DNA from: an uncultured delta proteobacterium
GTDB taxonomy: Bacteria > Desulfobacterota > WTBG01
DNA length: 64,000 bases
NCBI GenBank assembly: GCA_963793865.1
Contig: CAWCBP010000004.1
Coordinates: 256,001 to 320,000, forward strand
Reading direction: 5' to 3'
Part shown: positions 51,271-61,731 of the stretch, piece by piece
Layout: each line of letters opens with the position of its first letter
Position numbering within the stretch: position 1 is the stretch's first letter
Translations under genes and position numbers: made by a program
The notes under the pieces: model-generated
Database searches by the model: none
Told to the model about the DNA's origin: nothing
What the model saw: only the letters and a program-made list of their open reading frames with translations

Positions 51271-52740
51271 CTACATCAGCATCTCAATCGATGCCCTGGC
51301 AATTTGCAGATAGCGCGCAGGAAGTATGCCCATGTGGAGGGTAAAAAATATTGTGATGAGCAGGGCAACAATCATGGGAAAGGAAAAAGAAAGATTGCCG
51401 ACCTCCTTAACCGGGTCCCTCATGTACATGACCACGGTGACCCTGAGATAGTAATAGGCGGCGATGAGGCTGTTTAAAACGCCGATGATGGTAAGCCAGA
51501 TAAATCCCTGTTTTACCGCGGCGCTGAAAATATAAAATTTGCCGATAAAACCGGCCAGCGGCGGAATGCCTGCCAGGGACAACATGAAGACGGCCATGGC
51601 AGCCGACAGCCAGGGATACTTAAAGCCGGCCCCGGCGTAGTCCGTCACCAGGATGTTTTCCTCACCCTTCTTCCCGTAGAGGATGACGATGGCAAATGCC
51701 CCCAGGTTCATGAGGGTGTAGGCCATGAGGTAATAGATAATGCTGGTCGTGGCCAGGCTTCCCCCCGCTGTCATTGCCACCAGAATATAGCCGGCATGGG
51801 CAATGCTGGAGTAGGCCAGCATGCGCTTGATGTTTTCCTGGCTTATTGCCACCAGGTTTCCCAGGGTCATGGTCACCGCGGACAGCACCCAGAGAATCAT
51901 GGTCCAGTCCGGCCTCAGCGACTCGAACGAGGAGAGAAAAACCCTCAGGAAGGCGGAGAACGCGGCCGCCTTCACCCCCACCGACATAAAGGCGGTTATG
52001 GAGGTCGGCGCCCCCTCGTACACATCGGGTGTCCACATGTGGAAGGGCACCAGGGCCACCTTGAAGCCGAAGCCCACCAGGAGGAGCCCCACGGCGGCGA
52101 GCACCAGGGGGCTGGAGGCAAGCAGCGGCGTGCTTTGAATGTAAGCGGCGATGGCAGGCAGGCGGGTGGTGCCCGTCGCGCCGTAGATGAAGGCAATGCC
52201 GTACAGCAGAAAGGCGCTGGAAAACGCGCCCAGCAGAAAATATTTCAGCGCCGATTCATTGGACTTAAGGCTGTTTCTCAAAAAACCCACCAGCACGTAC
52301 ACGGAGACGGAGAGGGTTTCCAGGCCGAGAAAGACGACCATCAGGTCATTGGCCTTGGCCATGATCATCATCCCCACCGTCGCCAGCAGGATGAGCACGT
52401 AAAACTCCCCGTAGTTGATCCCCTCCAGCCTGATGTAGTTTACCGAGATGAGCACGGTGATGAACGCCGCCGCCGCGAAGAGGCCGGTAAAAAAGAGGCT
52501 GAAGCGGTCCACCACGATCATGGCGTTAAAGGCGTGCTCCGCGACACCGTCCGCCCAGATGCCGGCGGAGGCAACGAACGAAGTGGCCAGGCCGAGCAGG
52601 GTCACCCATGCCAGGGGCGTCTTGTTGTCCTTTCCCAGCGCGAGATCGGTGAGCAGCACCACCAGGGCGGTGACCAGCACCATCAGTTCGGGCAGCACCG
52701 CCCGCATGTTTATCAGCGGAAGAACTATCGGCTCCATCAT
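51271..52740 (-). CDS. nuoN: NADH-quinone oxidoreductase subunit N
   Basis: ESALKYF, FKVALVPFHMWTPDVYEGAP, KRMLAYSSIAH. Confidence 0.96.
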   Translation of the reverse strand: MMEPIVLPLINMRAVLPELMVLVTALVVLLTDLALGKDNKTPLAWVTLLGLATSFVASAGIWADGVAEHAFNAMIVVDRFSLFFTGLFAAAAFITVLISVNYIRLEGINYGEFYVLILLATVGMMIMAKANDLMVVFLGLETLSVSVYVLVGFLRNSLKSNESALKYFLLGAFSSAFLLYGIAFIYGATGTTRLPAIAAYIQSTPLLASSPLVLAAVGLLLVGFGFKVALVPFHMWTPDVYEGAPTSITAFMSVGVKAAAFSAFLRVFLSSFESLRPDWTMILWVLSAVTMTLGNLVAISQENIKRMLAYSSIAHAGYILVAMTAGGSLATTSIIYYLMAYTLMNLGAFAIVILYGKKGEENILVTDYAGAGFKYPWLSAAMAVFMLSLAGIPPLAGFIGKFYIFSAAVKQGFIWLTIIGVLNSLIAAYYYLRVTVVMYMRDPVKEVGNLSFSFPMIVALLITIFFTLHMGILPARYLQIARASIEMLM

Positions 52741-54308
52741 CGATCTCCTGTCCTCTCGTGCCGGGCACCGGGTACCGTGGAAACCATCTTCACTTCAGCA
52801 CCGCGCCGTGACGTTTTCGATTCTACCTGGGTAATCAGGTGCTTGACCGTGGCATCCATCCGGGACAAAAACGGCCTTGGATAGACGCCGATCTGCACGA
52901 TAAAGAAAATCAGCGGGAGCAGCACACAAACCTCCCGCAGCGAAAGGTCCTTAAGCGTCCGGTTCGCCTCTTTGGTGATCTCTCCGAACATCACCCGCTG
53001 GAACATCCACAGCATGTAGACCGCGGCGAAAATGACCCCGAGCGCGGCAAAAACGGCGTAGGCGGCGTTGGCCCTGAACGTGCCCAGGAGGATCAGGAAC
53101 TCCCCCACGAACCCGTTGAGCCCGGGCAGGCCCACCGACGACAGGGTGACGATCATGAAGAAGGTGGCAAAAACCGGCATCACCTTGGAAAGGCCGCCGA
53201 ACTCCTCGATGAGGCGGGTGTGCCGGCGCTCATAGATCATCCCCACGATGAGGAAGAGGGCGCCGGTTGAAAAGCCGTGATTGAGCATCTGCAGGATGCC
53301 CCCTTCGAGGCCCTGGATGTTAAGCGCGAAGATGCCCAGCACCACGAACCCCAGATGGCTCACGCTGGAAAAGGCGATCATCCGCTTCAGGTCCTTCTGC
53401 ACAATGCAGACCAGGGCGCCGTAGACGATGCCGATGATGGCCAGCACGGACATGAGGGGGACGAAGGCAATCGTGGCCTCGGCAAACAGGGGGAGGTTGA
53501 AGCGCAGGAATCCGTAGGTTCCCATTTTCAGGAGCACCGCCGCCAGCAGCACGCTCCCCACCGTCGGCGCCTCGGTGTGGGCGTCGGGAAGCCAGGTATG
53601 AAAGGGAAACATGGGGACCTTGATGGCGAAGGCCAGGGCAAAGGCCAGAAACAGCCAGATCTGCATCCCGTAGGGAATGGAGAGCTTGTAGAGGTCCTCG
53701 AGCATGAAGGTATAGGTGCCGGTAACGCTGTGGTTGTAAAAGTAGAGCACCAGGATGGCAACCAGCATCAAGAGGCTTCCGAACATGGTGAAGAGAAAGA
53801 ACTTGACCGCCGCGTAAATCCTGCGGGCGGGCGCCCCCCAGACCCCGATGAGCAGGTACATGGGGATGAGCATGACCTCCCAGAAGATGTAAAAGAGGAA
53901 GAGGTCCAGCGAGACAAAGACGCCGATGACCCCCGTCTCCAGCAGCAGCAGGCAGATCATGAACCCCTTCACCTTCTCCTGGATGTCCTTCCAGCAGGCA
54001 ACCACCGAGATGGCCGTCAGAAAGGTGGTGAGCAGGACCAGGAAGAGGCTGATGCCGTCCACGCCCAAATGGTAGCTGATGCCGTATTCTTCCACCCAGG
54101 GAACGGTGGTGACGAACTGAAATTCGTGGGTGGTGCAGTCGAAGGCCCGGTAGAGAAGCAGGGAAATCAGGAAATTGAGCAGCGCCGTCAAAAAGGTGAT
54201 GCCCTTGATCACGGCGGGCTTCTCCCTGCTGACGCCGACTATGAGCAGTATGCCGGCCAGGGGCAGAAAAATCAAAACCGAGAGGATATCAAAGCTGATG
54301 TTGGTCAT
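52737..54308 (-). CDS. nuoM: NADH-quinone oxidoreductase subunit M
   Basis: FWEVMLIP, PFHTWLPDAHTEAP, LLKMGTYG, GLPGLNGFVGE. Confidence 0.96.
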   Translation of the reverse strand: MTNISFDILSVLIFLPLAGILLIVGVSREKPAVIKGITFLTALLNFLISLLLYRAFDCTTHEFQFVTTVPWVEEYGISYHLGVDGISLFLVLLTTFLTAISVVACWKDIQEKVKGFMICLLLLETGVIGVFVSLDLFLFYIFWEVMLIPMYLLIGVWGAPARRIYAAVKFFLFTMFGSLLMLVAILVLYFYNHSVTGTYTFMLEDLYKLSIPYGMQIWLFLAFALAFAIKVPMFPFHTWLPDAHTEAPTVGSVLLAAVLLKMGTYGFLRFNLPLFAEATIAFVPLMSVLAIIGIVYGALVCIVQKDLKRMIAFSSVSHLGFVVLGIFALNIQGLEGGILQMLNHGFSTGALFLIVGMIYERRHTRLIEEFGGLSKVMPVFATFFMIVTLSSVGLPGLNGFVGEFLILLGTFRANAAYAVFAALGVIFAAVYMLWMFQRVMFGEITKEANRTLKDLSLREVCVLLPLIFFIVQIGVYPRPFLSRMDATVKHLITQVESKTSRRGAEVKMVSTVPGARHERTGDR

Positions 54309-54329
54309 TGTTCTCCCTTTTCCCTCCCA

Positions 54330-56297
54330 TCATTTCATGATCACGTAGAGGATGACCGCCAGGCCGAAGAGGATGGAGAGGGCATAGTTCTGGACAAAGC
54401 CCGTCTGCACATATTTGAGCAGGCCGCTCGCTTTTTTCACCAAGGCGGCGGACCCGTTCACCAGCGCACCGTCCACCACCTGTTCATCCAATCCCTTCCA
54501 GAGGAAGGTGGAGATGCTTTTTAAAGGCTCGACCACCAGCGCGTTATAAATCTCATCCACAAAGTACTTGTTGGTGAGCAGGTGGTAATAGCCCTTGAAG
54601 CGCCCGGCGATTTTATCAGGAAGCTCCGGCCGCCTGATATACAGATAGTAGGCGGTTATGATCCCGGCAAGCCCGATGGCGACGGAAACCCCCATCATCA
54701 GCAGCTCCAGGCCCGCCGAATGGTGCGCGAGCGGCTCCGCGGCGGCCGCCCCTTCGGAGGCAAATGCCAGCCCCGAGTACACCTTTTGCGCCACCTCCGC
54801 CGCGTGCCCGGCAACCACCGGCGCGAGGAAATCGTGGATGCGGTTCCATCCCGGGATCAGGGGAATGCCCACCAGGCCTCCGATGACCGAAAGCACCGCC
54901 AGAATCAGCAGGGGGACGGTCATCACCGGGGGGGATTCGTGGACATGGTGCTCAACCTCCGGCTCCATGCGCGATGTCCCGTAAAAGGTCATGAAGACGG
55001 CGCGGAACATGTAGAAGGCGGTCATGAAGGCGGCAAACGCCGCAACCGCCCAGAGGAGGAAGCTCTTCTGGAAGGCATTCCAGAGTATCTCGTCCTTGCT
55101 GAAAAAACCGGCAAAGGGCGGAATGCCGGCTATGGCCAGGCATCCGATGAAGAAGGTCATGTAGGTCACCGGCAGGCGGGACTTTAATCCCCCCATTTTC
55201 CTCATGTCCAGTTCGCCCGACAGGGCATGCATCACGCTGCCTGCGCAGAGAAAGAGCAGGGCCTTGAAAAAGGCGTGCGTCATCAGGTGGAAAATGCCGG
55301 CGGCAAAGGACCCCACCCCGCAGGCCAGAAACATGTAGCCCAGCTGGCTGATGGTGGAGTAGGCCAGGACCCGCTTGATGTCGTTGGCGACAATGGCAAT
55401 GGAGGCGGTAAAGATGGCGGTAAGCGCGCCGATGACGGCAACCACCTGCATGGACAGGGGCGCAAGCGTGTAAAGGGCGCTGCACCGGGCCACCATGTAA
55501 ACGCCGGCGGTGACCATGGTCGCCGCGTGGATGAGGGCGCTGACCGGGGTCGGGCCTTCCATGGCGTCGGGAAGCCAGACATAGAGCGGGATCTGCGCGG
55601 ACTTGCCGCAGGCCCCGACAAAGAGAAGCAGGGTAATCAGCGTCACCGTGAGCTCTCCCCCCTTGAAGAACTGGGGCGCTTTTTCGAAAACGGGAAGAAA
55701 ATCGAGGCTGCCGAACACCACGAAGATGAGCATCATGGCCAGCAGAAAGCCGTAGTCCCCGATGCGGTTGACGATAAAGGCCTTCTTGCCCGCGTCGGCC
55801 GGCGCCTTCTTCCGGTACCAGAAGCCGATGAGCAGGTAGCTGCACAGCCCCACTCCCTCCCAGCCGATGAACATGAGCAGAAAGCTGTTGGCCGAAACCA
55901 GGATGAGCATGAAGAACACAAACAGGTTCAGGTAGGTGAAGTAGCGGCGGAACCCGGGGTCATCGTGCATGTAGCCGACTGAATAGACATGAATGACAAA
56001 GGAGACGCCGGACACGGTGAGCATCATGATGAGCGAGAGGGCGTCCACCAGGAAGCCGATGTTCACCTGCAGGTCGCCGCAGGGTATCCAGCGGTAGAGC
56101 AGGATCTCAAAAACCCTCGCCTGGGGATCGGCCTGCAGCACCTGCGCCAGGATGAGGCAGGAAACCAGAAAGGAAAGCAGGATCATCGCCGACCCGATGA
56201 TGCCGGTCAGGGTCTTGGGAAAGCGAATGCCCGCGAGGCCGTTCAGCAGCACGCCGATGAGGGGAAACGCGGGAACAAGCCATACATAGTCAATCAT
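54330..56297 (-). CDS. nuoL: NADH-quinone oxidoreductase subunit L
   Basis: GWEGVG, GKSAQIPL.VWLPDAMEGPTPVSALIHAATMV, THAFFKALLFL. Confidence 0.96.
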   Translation of the reverse strand: MIDYVWLVPAFPLIGVLLNGLAGIRFPKTLTGIIGSAMILLSFLVSCLILAQVLQADPQARVFEILLYRWIPCGDLQVNIGFLVDALSLIMMLTVSGVSFVIHVYSVGYMHDDPGFRRYFTYLNLFVFFMLILVSANSFLLMFIGWEGVGLCSYLLIGFWYRKKAPADAGKKAFIVNRIGDYGFLLAMMLIFVVFGSLDFLPVFEKAPQFFKGGELTVTLITLLLFVGACGKSAQIPLYVWLPDAMEGPTPVSALIHAATMVTAGVYMVARCSALYTLAPLSMQVVAVIGALTAIFTASIAIVANDIKRVLAYSTISQLGYMFLACGVGSFAAGIFHLMTHAFFKALLFLCAGSVMHALSGELDMRKMGGLKSRLPVTYMTFFIGCLAIAGIPPFAGFFSKDEILWNAFQKSFLLWAVAAFAAFMTAFYMFRAVFMTFYGTSRMEPEVEHHVHESPPVMTVPLLILAVLSVIGGLVGIPLIPGWNRIHDFLAPVVAGHAAEVAQKVYSGLAFASEGAAAAEPLAHHSAGLELLMMGVSVAIGLAGIITAYYLYIRRPELPDKIAGRFKGYYHLLTNKYFVDEIYNALVVEPLKSISTFLWKGLDEQVVDGALVNGSAALVKKASGLLKYVQTGFVQNYALSILFGLAVILYVIMK

Positions 56298-56313
56298 GAT
56301 GATGCTCCTTCAT

Positions 56314-56616
56314 CTACCACTTCATGAGATTGATATCGTCAACGTTTAAGGTTTCCCTGTTCCGGTAGAGCGCGATGATGATGCCCAGTCCCACGGCGGC
56401 CTCGGCGGCGGCCACGGTCATGACGAAAAAGACAAACACCTGGCCGTCGAGAGAGTCAAGGTGGCGGGAAAAGGTTATGAAGGCCAGGTTGGCCGCGTTG
56501 AGCATCAGCTCGATGCACATGAAGATGACGATGGCGTTCCGTCTGGTGAACACGCCCCACACGCCGATAAAAAAGAGGATGACGCTTAAAATCAGATAAT
56601 GGGAAAGGGGAACCAT
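56314..56616 (-). CDS. nuoK: NADH-quinone oxidoreductase subunit K
   Basis: [22 protein letters not shown]. Confidence 0.96.
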   Translation of the reverse strand: MVPLSHYLILSVILFFIGVWGVFTRRNAIVIFMCIELMLNAANLAFITFSRHLDSLDGQVFVFFVMTVAAAEAAVGLGIIIALYRNRETLNVDDINLMKW

Positions 56617-56654
56617 GGCTTGCGTCCTTTCTGTGCCGCCCCGGGCGGGACGGT

Positions 56655-57164
56655 TTAGAGCTTCTTTTTGGCCAGCACCACCGCCCCGATGATGGCGGCC
56701 AGCAGCAGCACCGAGGTTATCTCAAAGGGCAGAAGAAAATCGGTAAAGAGCGCCTTTCCGATGAGCGCGCTGTTGCCGATGGCATCGACCTTCTCCGGGG
56801 GATACGCCCCCTTGGCTCCGGTGAAGACGCTCATGGTGCTTGCGGATATGAAGGAAAAGGCGATGGCCAGGCACAGCACCAGGGCCCAGAACTTCTGCGG
56901 CCCCCGGCCGTCCCCCGCGGAAGACTCCCGATCCACGTTGAGCAGCATGATCACGAACAGAAACAGCACCATGATCGCACCGGCATAGACAATCACCTGA
57001 ACGGCGGCGATGAACTGGGCGTTAAGCTGGAGGAAGATGCCCGCCAGGCAGAAGAAGCACAGGATCAGAAAGAGCGCGCTGTGCACGGGGTTCCTTCTTA
57101 AAATCACCATCAGCGATGAAATCACCATCACTGCGGCCAGACTGTAAAAAATAAGCGCTTCCAT
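56655..57164 (-). CDS. nuoJ: NADH-quinone oxidoreductase subunit J
   Basis: [29 protein letters not shown]. Confidence 0.96.
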   Translation of the reverse strand: MEALIFYSLAAVMVISSLMVILRRNPVHSALFLILCFFCLAGIFLQLNAQFIAAVQVIVYAGAIMVLFLFVIMLLNVDRESSAGDGRGPQKFWALVLCLAIAFSFISASTMSVFTGAKGAYPPEKVDAIGNSALIGKALFTDFLLPFEITSVLLLAAIIGAVVLAKKKL

Positions 57165-57254
57165 AGAGTAACCTCTTGGTCAACGGTAGTTATCAGCCAA
57201 CAGATGGTACTTACACACCAGAGATGTTGAGTGGCATCAACCCGGGTCCCTTCC

Positions 57255-57689
57255 CTACTCTCTGAGGAGCCGCTCCTTGGTGTAGATCATGCTCTCCCGG
57301 GTGTAATCGGCAAGCTCATAGTCGCCGGTCAGCAAAAGGGCCCCCACCGGGCAGGCCTCCACGCAGTAGCCGCAGAAGATGCAGCGGGAGATGTCAATCT
57401 GGTAATGCTGGGCGTACTTGACATTGTTTTCCTTCTCACCCGCCTCAACGGTGATGCAGCGGGCGGGGCACACCGCCGCGCAGAGCGAGCAGGCCACGCA
57501 CTTTTCTTTGCCCTCTTCATCCCGCAAAAGCTTATGCAGGCCGTGAAAGCGGGGATAGGGGGTCCGCCGCTCCTCGGGATACATTTGGGTGATGGGCTTC
57601 CCCAGTATGGTCGTACCGAGAAAATATGCCAGGGTTTCCTTCAGTCCCACCAGCAGCGCCCAGATGCGTTTGATCACAGAACCTACCAT
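57255..57689 (-). CDS. nuoI: NADH-quinone oxidoreductase subunit I
   Basis: CVACSLCAAVCP and CIFCGYCVEACP. Confidence 0.96.
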   Translation of the reverse strand: MVGSVIKRIWALLVGLKETLAYFLGTTILGKPITQMYPEERRTPYPRFHGLHKLLRDEEGKEKCVACSLCAAVCPARCITVEAGEKENNVKYAQHYQIDISRCIFCGYCVEACPVGALLLTGDYELADYTRESMIYTKERLLRE

Positions 57690-57703
57690 GCTTCATCCTT
57701 TGC

Positions 57704-58750
57704 TTAAAGCAGATTAACCATTAGCAGAACGGCGGTGACTACAATATTAAGCAGCGCCAGTGGAAACAGAACCTTCCAGCCAAACTCCATCAGCTGGTCA
57801 TAGCGCAGGCGCGGATAGGTCGCCCGGAGCCAGATGAAGAAAAAGAGGCAGAGGAAGACCTTGGCGCCGAAGACGCCCATGGGGATCAGGGCAACCGCCA
57901 GCTGACCCGCCGGGTTAGAAGGCTGGAAGCTGCTGATGTCCACAAACGGCAGGTGCCACCCCCCGAGAAACAGGGTGGTAATCAGCGAGCCCATGACGAT
58001 CATGTGGGCGTACTCGGCCATGAAGAAAAGGGCGAACTTCATGCTGGAATATTCCACGTGGAAGCCGGCCACCAGCTCGTTCTCCGCTTCAGGCAGATCA
58101 AAGGGCGAGCGGTTGCACTCGGCTATGCCGCAGATGAGAAAGATGATGAACCCTATCGGCTGCTGCACCACGTACCAGATGTCCGACTGGGCCCGCACCA
58201 CCTCAACCAGGCTCAGCGACCCGGTGAGCATGAGCACCCCGATGACCGAGAGCCCCATGGCGATCTCGTAGCTGATCATCTGCGCCGAGGAGCGGATCCC
58301 GCCCATGAGCGCGTATTTATTATTGGAGGCCCATCCCGCCAGGGTCACGCCGTACACGTTCATGGAGCCGAGGGCAAAGATGTAGAGGATGCCGATGTCC
58401 ACGTCGGCAACCCGCAGATCGATGGTATGACCGAAGAGGGTGATCACGTTGCCGAAGGGAACCACCGCGAACGAGGCGAAGGCGCAGACCGCCACGATGA
58501 AGGGGGCAAGGATGTAGATGACCTTGTTGGCCTTCTCCACCACGATATCCTCTTTGAAAAAGAGCTTGATGCCGTCGGCAATGGGCTGCAGCAGGCCGTG
58601 CCAGCCCGTTCTCATGGGGCCGTAGCGCACCTGCATGTGCCCGAGCACCTTGCGCTCCAGCCAGGTGAGATAGGCGACGCAGGTGAGCAGTACGATAAAC
58701 ACCACTATGACCTTAAGCAGCATTATTATCATGGCAGCCATACTTGTCAT
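57704..58750 (-). CDS. nuoH: NADH-quinone oxidoreductase subunit H
   Basis: ERK..Q.RYGP, LLQPIADGIKL, PFDLPEAENELVAG, PRLRYDQL. Confidence 0.96.
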   Translation of the reverse strand: MTSMAAMIIMLLKVIVVFIVLLTCVAYLTWLERKVLGHMQVRYGPMRTGWHGLLQPIADGIKLFFKEDIVVEKANKVIYILAPFIVAVCAFASFAVVPFGNVITLFGHTIDLRVADVDIGILYIFALGSMNVYGVTLAGWASNNKYALMGGIRSSAQMISYEIAMGLSVIGVLMLTGSLSLVEVVRAQSDIWYVVQQPIGFIIFLICGIAECNRSPFDLPEAENELVAGFHVEYSSMKFALFFMAEYAHMIVMGSLITTLFLGGWHLPFVDISSFQPSNPAGQLAVALIPMGVFGAKVFLCLFFFIWLRATYPRLRYDQLMEFGWKVLFPLALLNIVVTAVLLMVNLL

Positions 58751-58842
58751 GGGAATGTATCTCTCCTGCAGATGCGCAATCAGCTAAATAAGTGCATTCA
58801 TCCTGTTGATCTGAAATCCGAAATTCGAATAAACTTTTTACA

Positions 58843-58990
58843 TGAGATTGCTTCGTCGCTTATGCTCCTCGCAATGACCGTATTGGTGCGTCATTGCGTG
58901 AATTTGTCATTGCGAGCCCTTCGCTTGTCATTCTGAGCAACGCGAAGAATCTTGTTTTTGGCTCAGGATAAACTCCGCGCGGCAATCTCG
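58843..58990. repeat. GTCATTGCGAG/GTCATTCTGA palindromic repeat cluster between nuoG and nuoH
   Basis: gagattgcttcgtcgc..ctcgcaatgac and gtcattgcgag..gtcattctgagc..gcaatctc; same families as at 599 and 10568. Confidence 0.75.
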
Positions 58991-59056
58991 TTTTTGGACA
59001 AATCTGAAACAGCATCTATAATTAACAAATAGCAAATTTAATTTGAATTATGCCTG

Positions 59057-61666
59057 CTACACCTTTTCCAGTTTGACCCAAGTCGGGACAAGATCCCTGC
59101 TGGTCAGCCGGTTGACGGGGTGGTCTGCAAAGTGGCAGGGAATATACACCATTCCCTTGGCCTGCTTTCTGCTGATTTTCACCTTTGCCTCCAGTGACCC
59201 CATCCTTGATGTAACCAGCACCTTCTCTCCATCCCCAAGGCCGTATGTCCCGGCATCGGCGGGAGACACCTCCACCCTGCCTCCGGACCCGAGCTCGTTC
59301 AACGCCGGGGCGTGGGTTGACAGGGAACCGGAATGAAAGAGCATGCTGCCGGTGCGCAGCAGCAGCGGATAGTCACCATCAATCCCGCGGGCCGGTTCGG
59401 CATGCTCGAGCGGGACAAAGCTGTAGCTCGTTCGCCCGCCGCCCGGCGGGGACGGCACAAGCCGGCCTCCCGCTCCGAGGGATTCGCAGCTGATGTCCGC
59501 GTAGAGAGGAACCAGCGAGCCGATCTCCCTCATCACGTCCTCAGGCCCGGCTGCCTGCATGACATGACCCATCCTGCGGGACAGCTCGCAGAAAATTTCC
59601 AGGTCTGTTTTGACCCCTTCCATCACCGGCAGCGCCGGGGACAGCGCCTGCACCCTCCGCTCGAAGCTGGTATAGGTGCCTTTTTTCTCGGCGAAGCTGG
59701 CCACCGGCAGCACGACGTCGGCCTGCCGGGCGGTGGGGGTTAAAAACATGTCCTGCACCACCAGGAAATCCAGGGACTCCAGGGCCTTCAGGGTGTATTC
59801 GCTTTCAGGATAGTTAAGCAGCGGGTTTTCCCCTGCCAGGTACAGCGCGTGCAGCCTGCCTTCCGCCGCGCTGGTGATCATTTCCATGGCATTTTGACCG
59901 GGCCGCGCGGGAAGGGTCACCTTCCACGCTTCTTCAAAGCGGCCCCGCGTCTTGTCATCACCCACTTCACCGAATCCGGGCAGAAAACCGGGAAGCACTC
60001 CCATGTCCAGGGTGCCCTGGGAATTGCACTTCTCCCCCAGGAAGGCGATGCCGCATCCCTCCCGCTTCACCATCCCGGTCAGCAGGGCGAGGTTGGCCAC
60101 CGCCAGACCCAGCTTTTCATCGTCCGCGGGAATCCCCAGGCCGGTGGAAAGGAGGATGCACAGCCGCCTGCTTCCCGCAATCAGGCGGGCTGCCTGCGCG
60201 AGGTCATCCCGGCCGACGCCGGTCACCCCTTCACAATACTCAGGGGTGTACCGGGCCACCGACCTGTTGAGGTTTTCAAGACCGGCGGTCGAGGAAGAGA
60301 CAAACTCCCTGTCGTACAGCCCCTCGCTGATAATGATATTGATCATGCCCTGGAGCAGGACCAGCTCGGTTTCGGGCCGGTGGATGAGCGCGCAGCTGGC
60401 CAGCCGGCTGTGCTTGATCGGCCGCTCGCCGGCGACAACCAGCTTTCGTTCGTCCCGTTTTACCGCCATGGTCACCTGGTATCCCACCACCGGATGCGTC
60501 TCGGAGAGGTGGGAGCGCAGCAGGAACACGGTGTCCGCATTGCGTATGTCGTTCAGCGTGGCCGTTCCCGCGGTCAAGCCCAGCGCAGGCCTCAGCCCCT
60601 TCATCAGCCCCGAGTAGCTGTATCCCCCGGCGTGGTCGATGTTGTTGGTGCCGACGACGGCGCGTAAAAATTTCTGAAACAGGTAGGCCTCCTCATTGGT
60701 CAGGCGGCCGGAGCAGATGCCGCCGATCCCGTCGGGCCCGTACTTTTGTTTGACCGCGCCCAAACCCCCGGCTATCTTCTCCATCGCCTCCGCCCAGGTG
60801 GCCCGCACCAGCCCCTCGGCGCCCTTTCTCACCAGGGGGCTGTTCATCCGCTCGGGGCTGGAGACATACCCGTAGCCGAACCGGCCCTTCGCGCAGAGGC
60901 TCCCGCGGTTGGCCCCGATGCTGTCGTCCCCGATCACCCGGTAGATGCGGTTGTTCTTCACCCCCAGGGTGATGGTGCAGCCGGTGCTGCAATATGAGCA
61001 GACGGTGCTGGTCCTGGTTAGCTCCCAGGAGCGCGCCTTGTATTTGAAAAGCTTGTCGGTGAGGGCGCCCACCGGGCAGATGTTAACGCACTCTCCGCAG
61101 AACTCGCAGTCCAGCACCCGGTCAAAGTCGGTGCCGATCCTGGTCTTGAATCCCCGGTTGACAAAGCTGATTTCGGATACGCCCACCATCTCCTCGCACA
61201 CCCGCGCGCACATACCGCAGAGGACGCAGCGGTTCACATTCCTTTCTATCAGGTGAGAGGCGGTTTCAGCCGGCTGGTTGAACTTGCGGTCAAGAAACCG
61301 GTTGCTGCTCACCTCGTATTCATACACCAGGTCCTGCAGCTTGCACTCGCCCCCCTTGTCGCACACGGGACAATCAAGGGGATGGTGCACCAGCAGGAGC
61401 TCAAGCAGCGTTTTGCGGGCGCTTCTCACCGCGGGGGTGTTGGTGCTTACCACCATGCCGTTGGCGGCCGGCGTGGAGCAGGAAGGGACCAGGCGGCCCT
61501 TCATCTGCTCGACCTCAACCACGCACATGCGGCACGCCCCGAAGGGCATCAGGCGCTTGTGGTAGCAAAAGGTGGGAATATAAACCCCGGCAGCCTCCGC
61601 AGCCTCGAGGATGCTGGAGCCGTCCGCTACCTCTATTTCCCGATCGTCAATGGTCAAACTGATCAT
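59057..61666 (-). CDS. nuoG: NADH-quinone oxidoreductase subunit G (long, molybdopterin-oxidoreductase-like C-terminus)
   Basis: IPTFC..GACRMC, HPLDCPVCDKGGEC.LQ, CVLCGMC, CEFCGEC, CSYCSTGC. Confidence 0.9.
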   Translation of the reverse strand: MISLTIDDREIEVADGSSILEAAEAAGVYIPTFCYHKRLMPFGACRMCVVEVEQMKGRLVPSCSTPAANGMVVSTNTPAVRSARKTLLELLLVHHPLDCPVCDKGGECKLQDLVYEYEVSSNRFLDRKFNQPAETASHLIERNVNRCVLCGMCARVCEEMVGVSEISFVNRGFKTRIGTDFDRVLDCEFCGECVNICPVGALTDKLFKYKARSWELTRTSTVCSYCSTGCTITLGVKNNRIYRVIGDDSIGANRGSLCAKGRFGYGYVSSPERMNSPLVRKGAEGLVRATWAEAMEKIAGGLGAVKQKYGPDGIGGICSGRLTNEEAYLFQKFLRAVVGTNNIDHAGGYSYSGLMKGLRPALGLTAGTATLNDIRNADTVFLLRSHLSETHPVVGYQVTMAVKRDERKLVVAGERPIKHSRLASCALIHRPETELVLLQGMINIIISEGLYDREFVSSSTAGLENLNRSVARYTPEYCEGVTGVGRDDLAQAARLIAGSRRLCILLSTGLGIPADDEKLGLAVANLALLTGMVKREGCGIAFLGEKCNSQGTLDMGVLPGFLPGFGEVGDDKTRGRFEEAWKVTLPARPGQNAMEMITSAAEGRLHALYLAGENPLLNYPESEYTLKALESLDFLVVQDMFLTPTARQADVVLPVASFAEKKGTYTSFERRVQALSPALPVMEGVKTDLEIFCELSRRMGHVMQAAGPEDVMREIGSLVPLYADISCESLGAGGRLVPSPPGGGRTSYSFVPLEHAEPARGIDGDYPLLLRTGSMLFHSGSLSTHAPALNELGSGGRVEVSPADAGTYGLGDGEKVLVTSRMGSLEAKVKISRKQAKGMVYIPCHFADHPVNRLTSRDLVPTWVKLEKV

Positions 61667-61731
61667 AATAAGCCTTCAACCTCGATGGTATCGCCTGTTT
61701 AATAAATTATCAATGGGCTACCGCCCCTTTG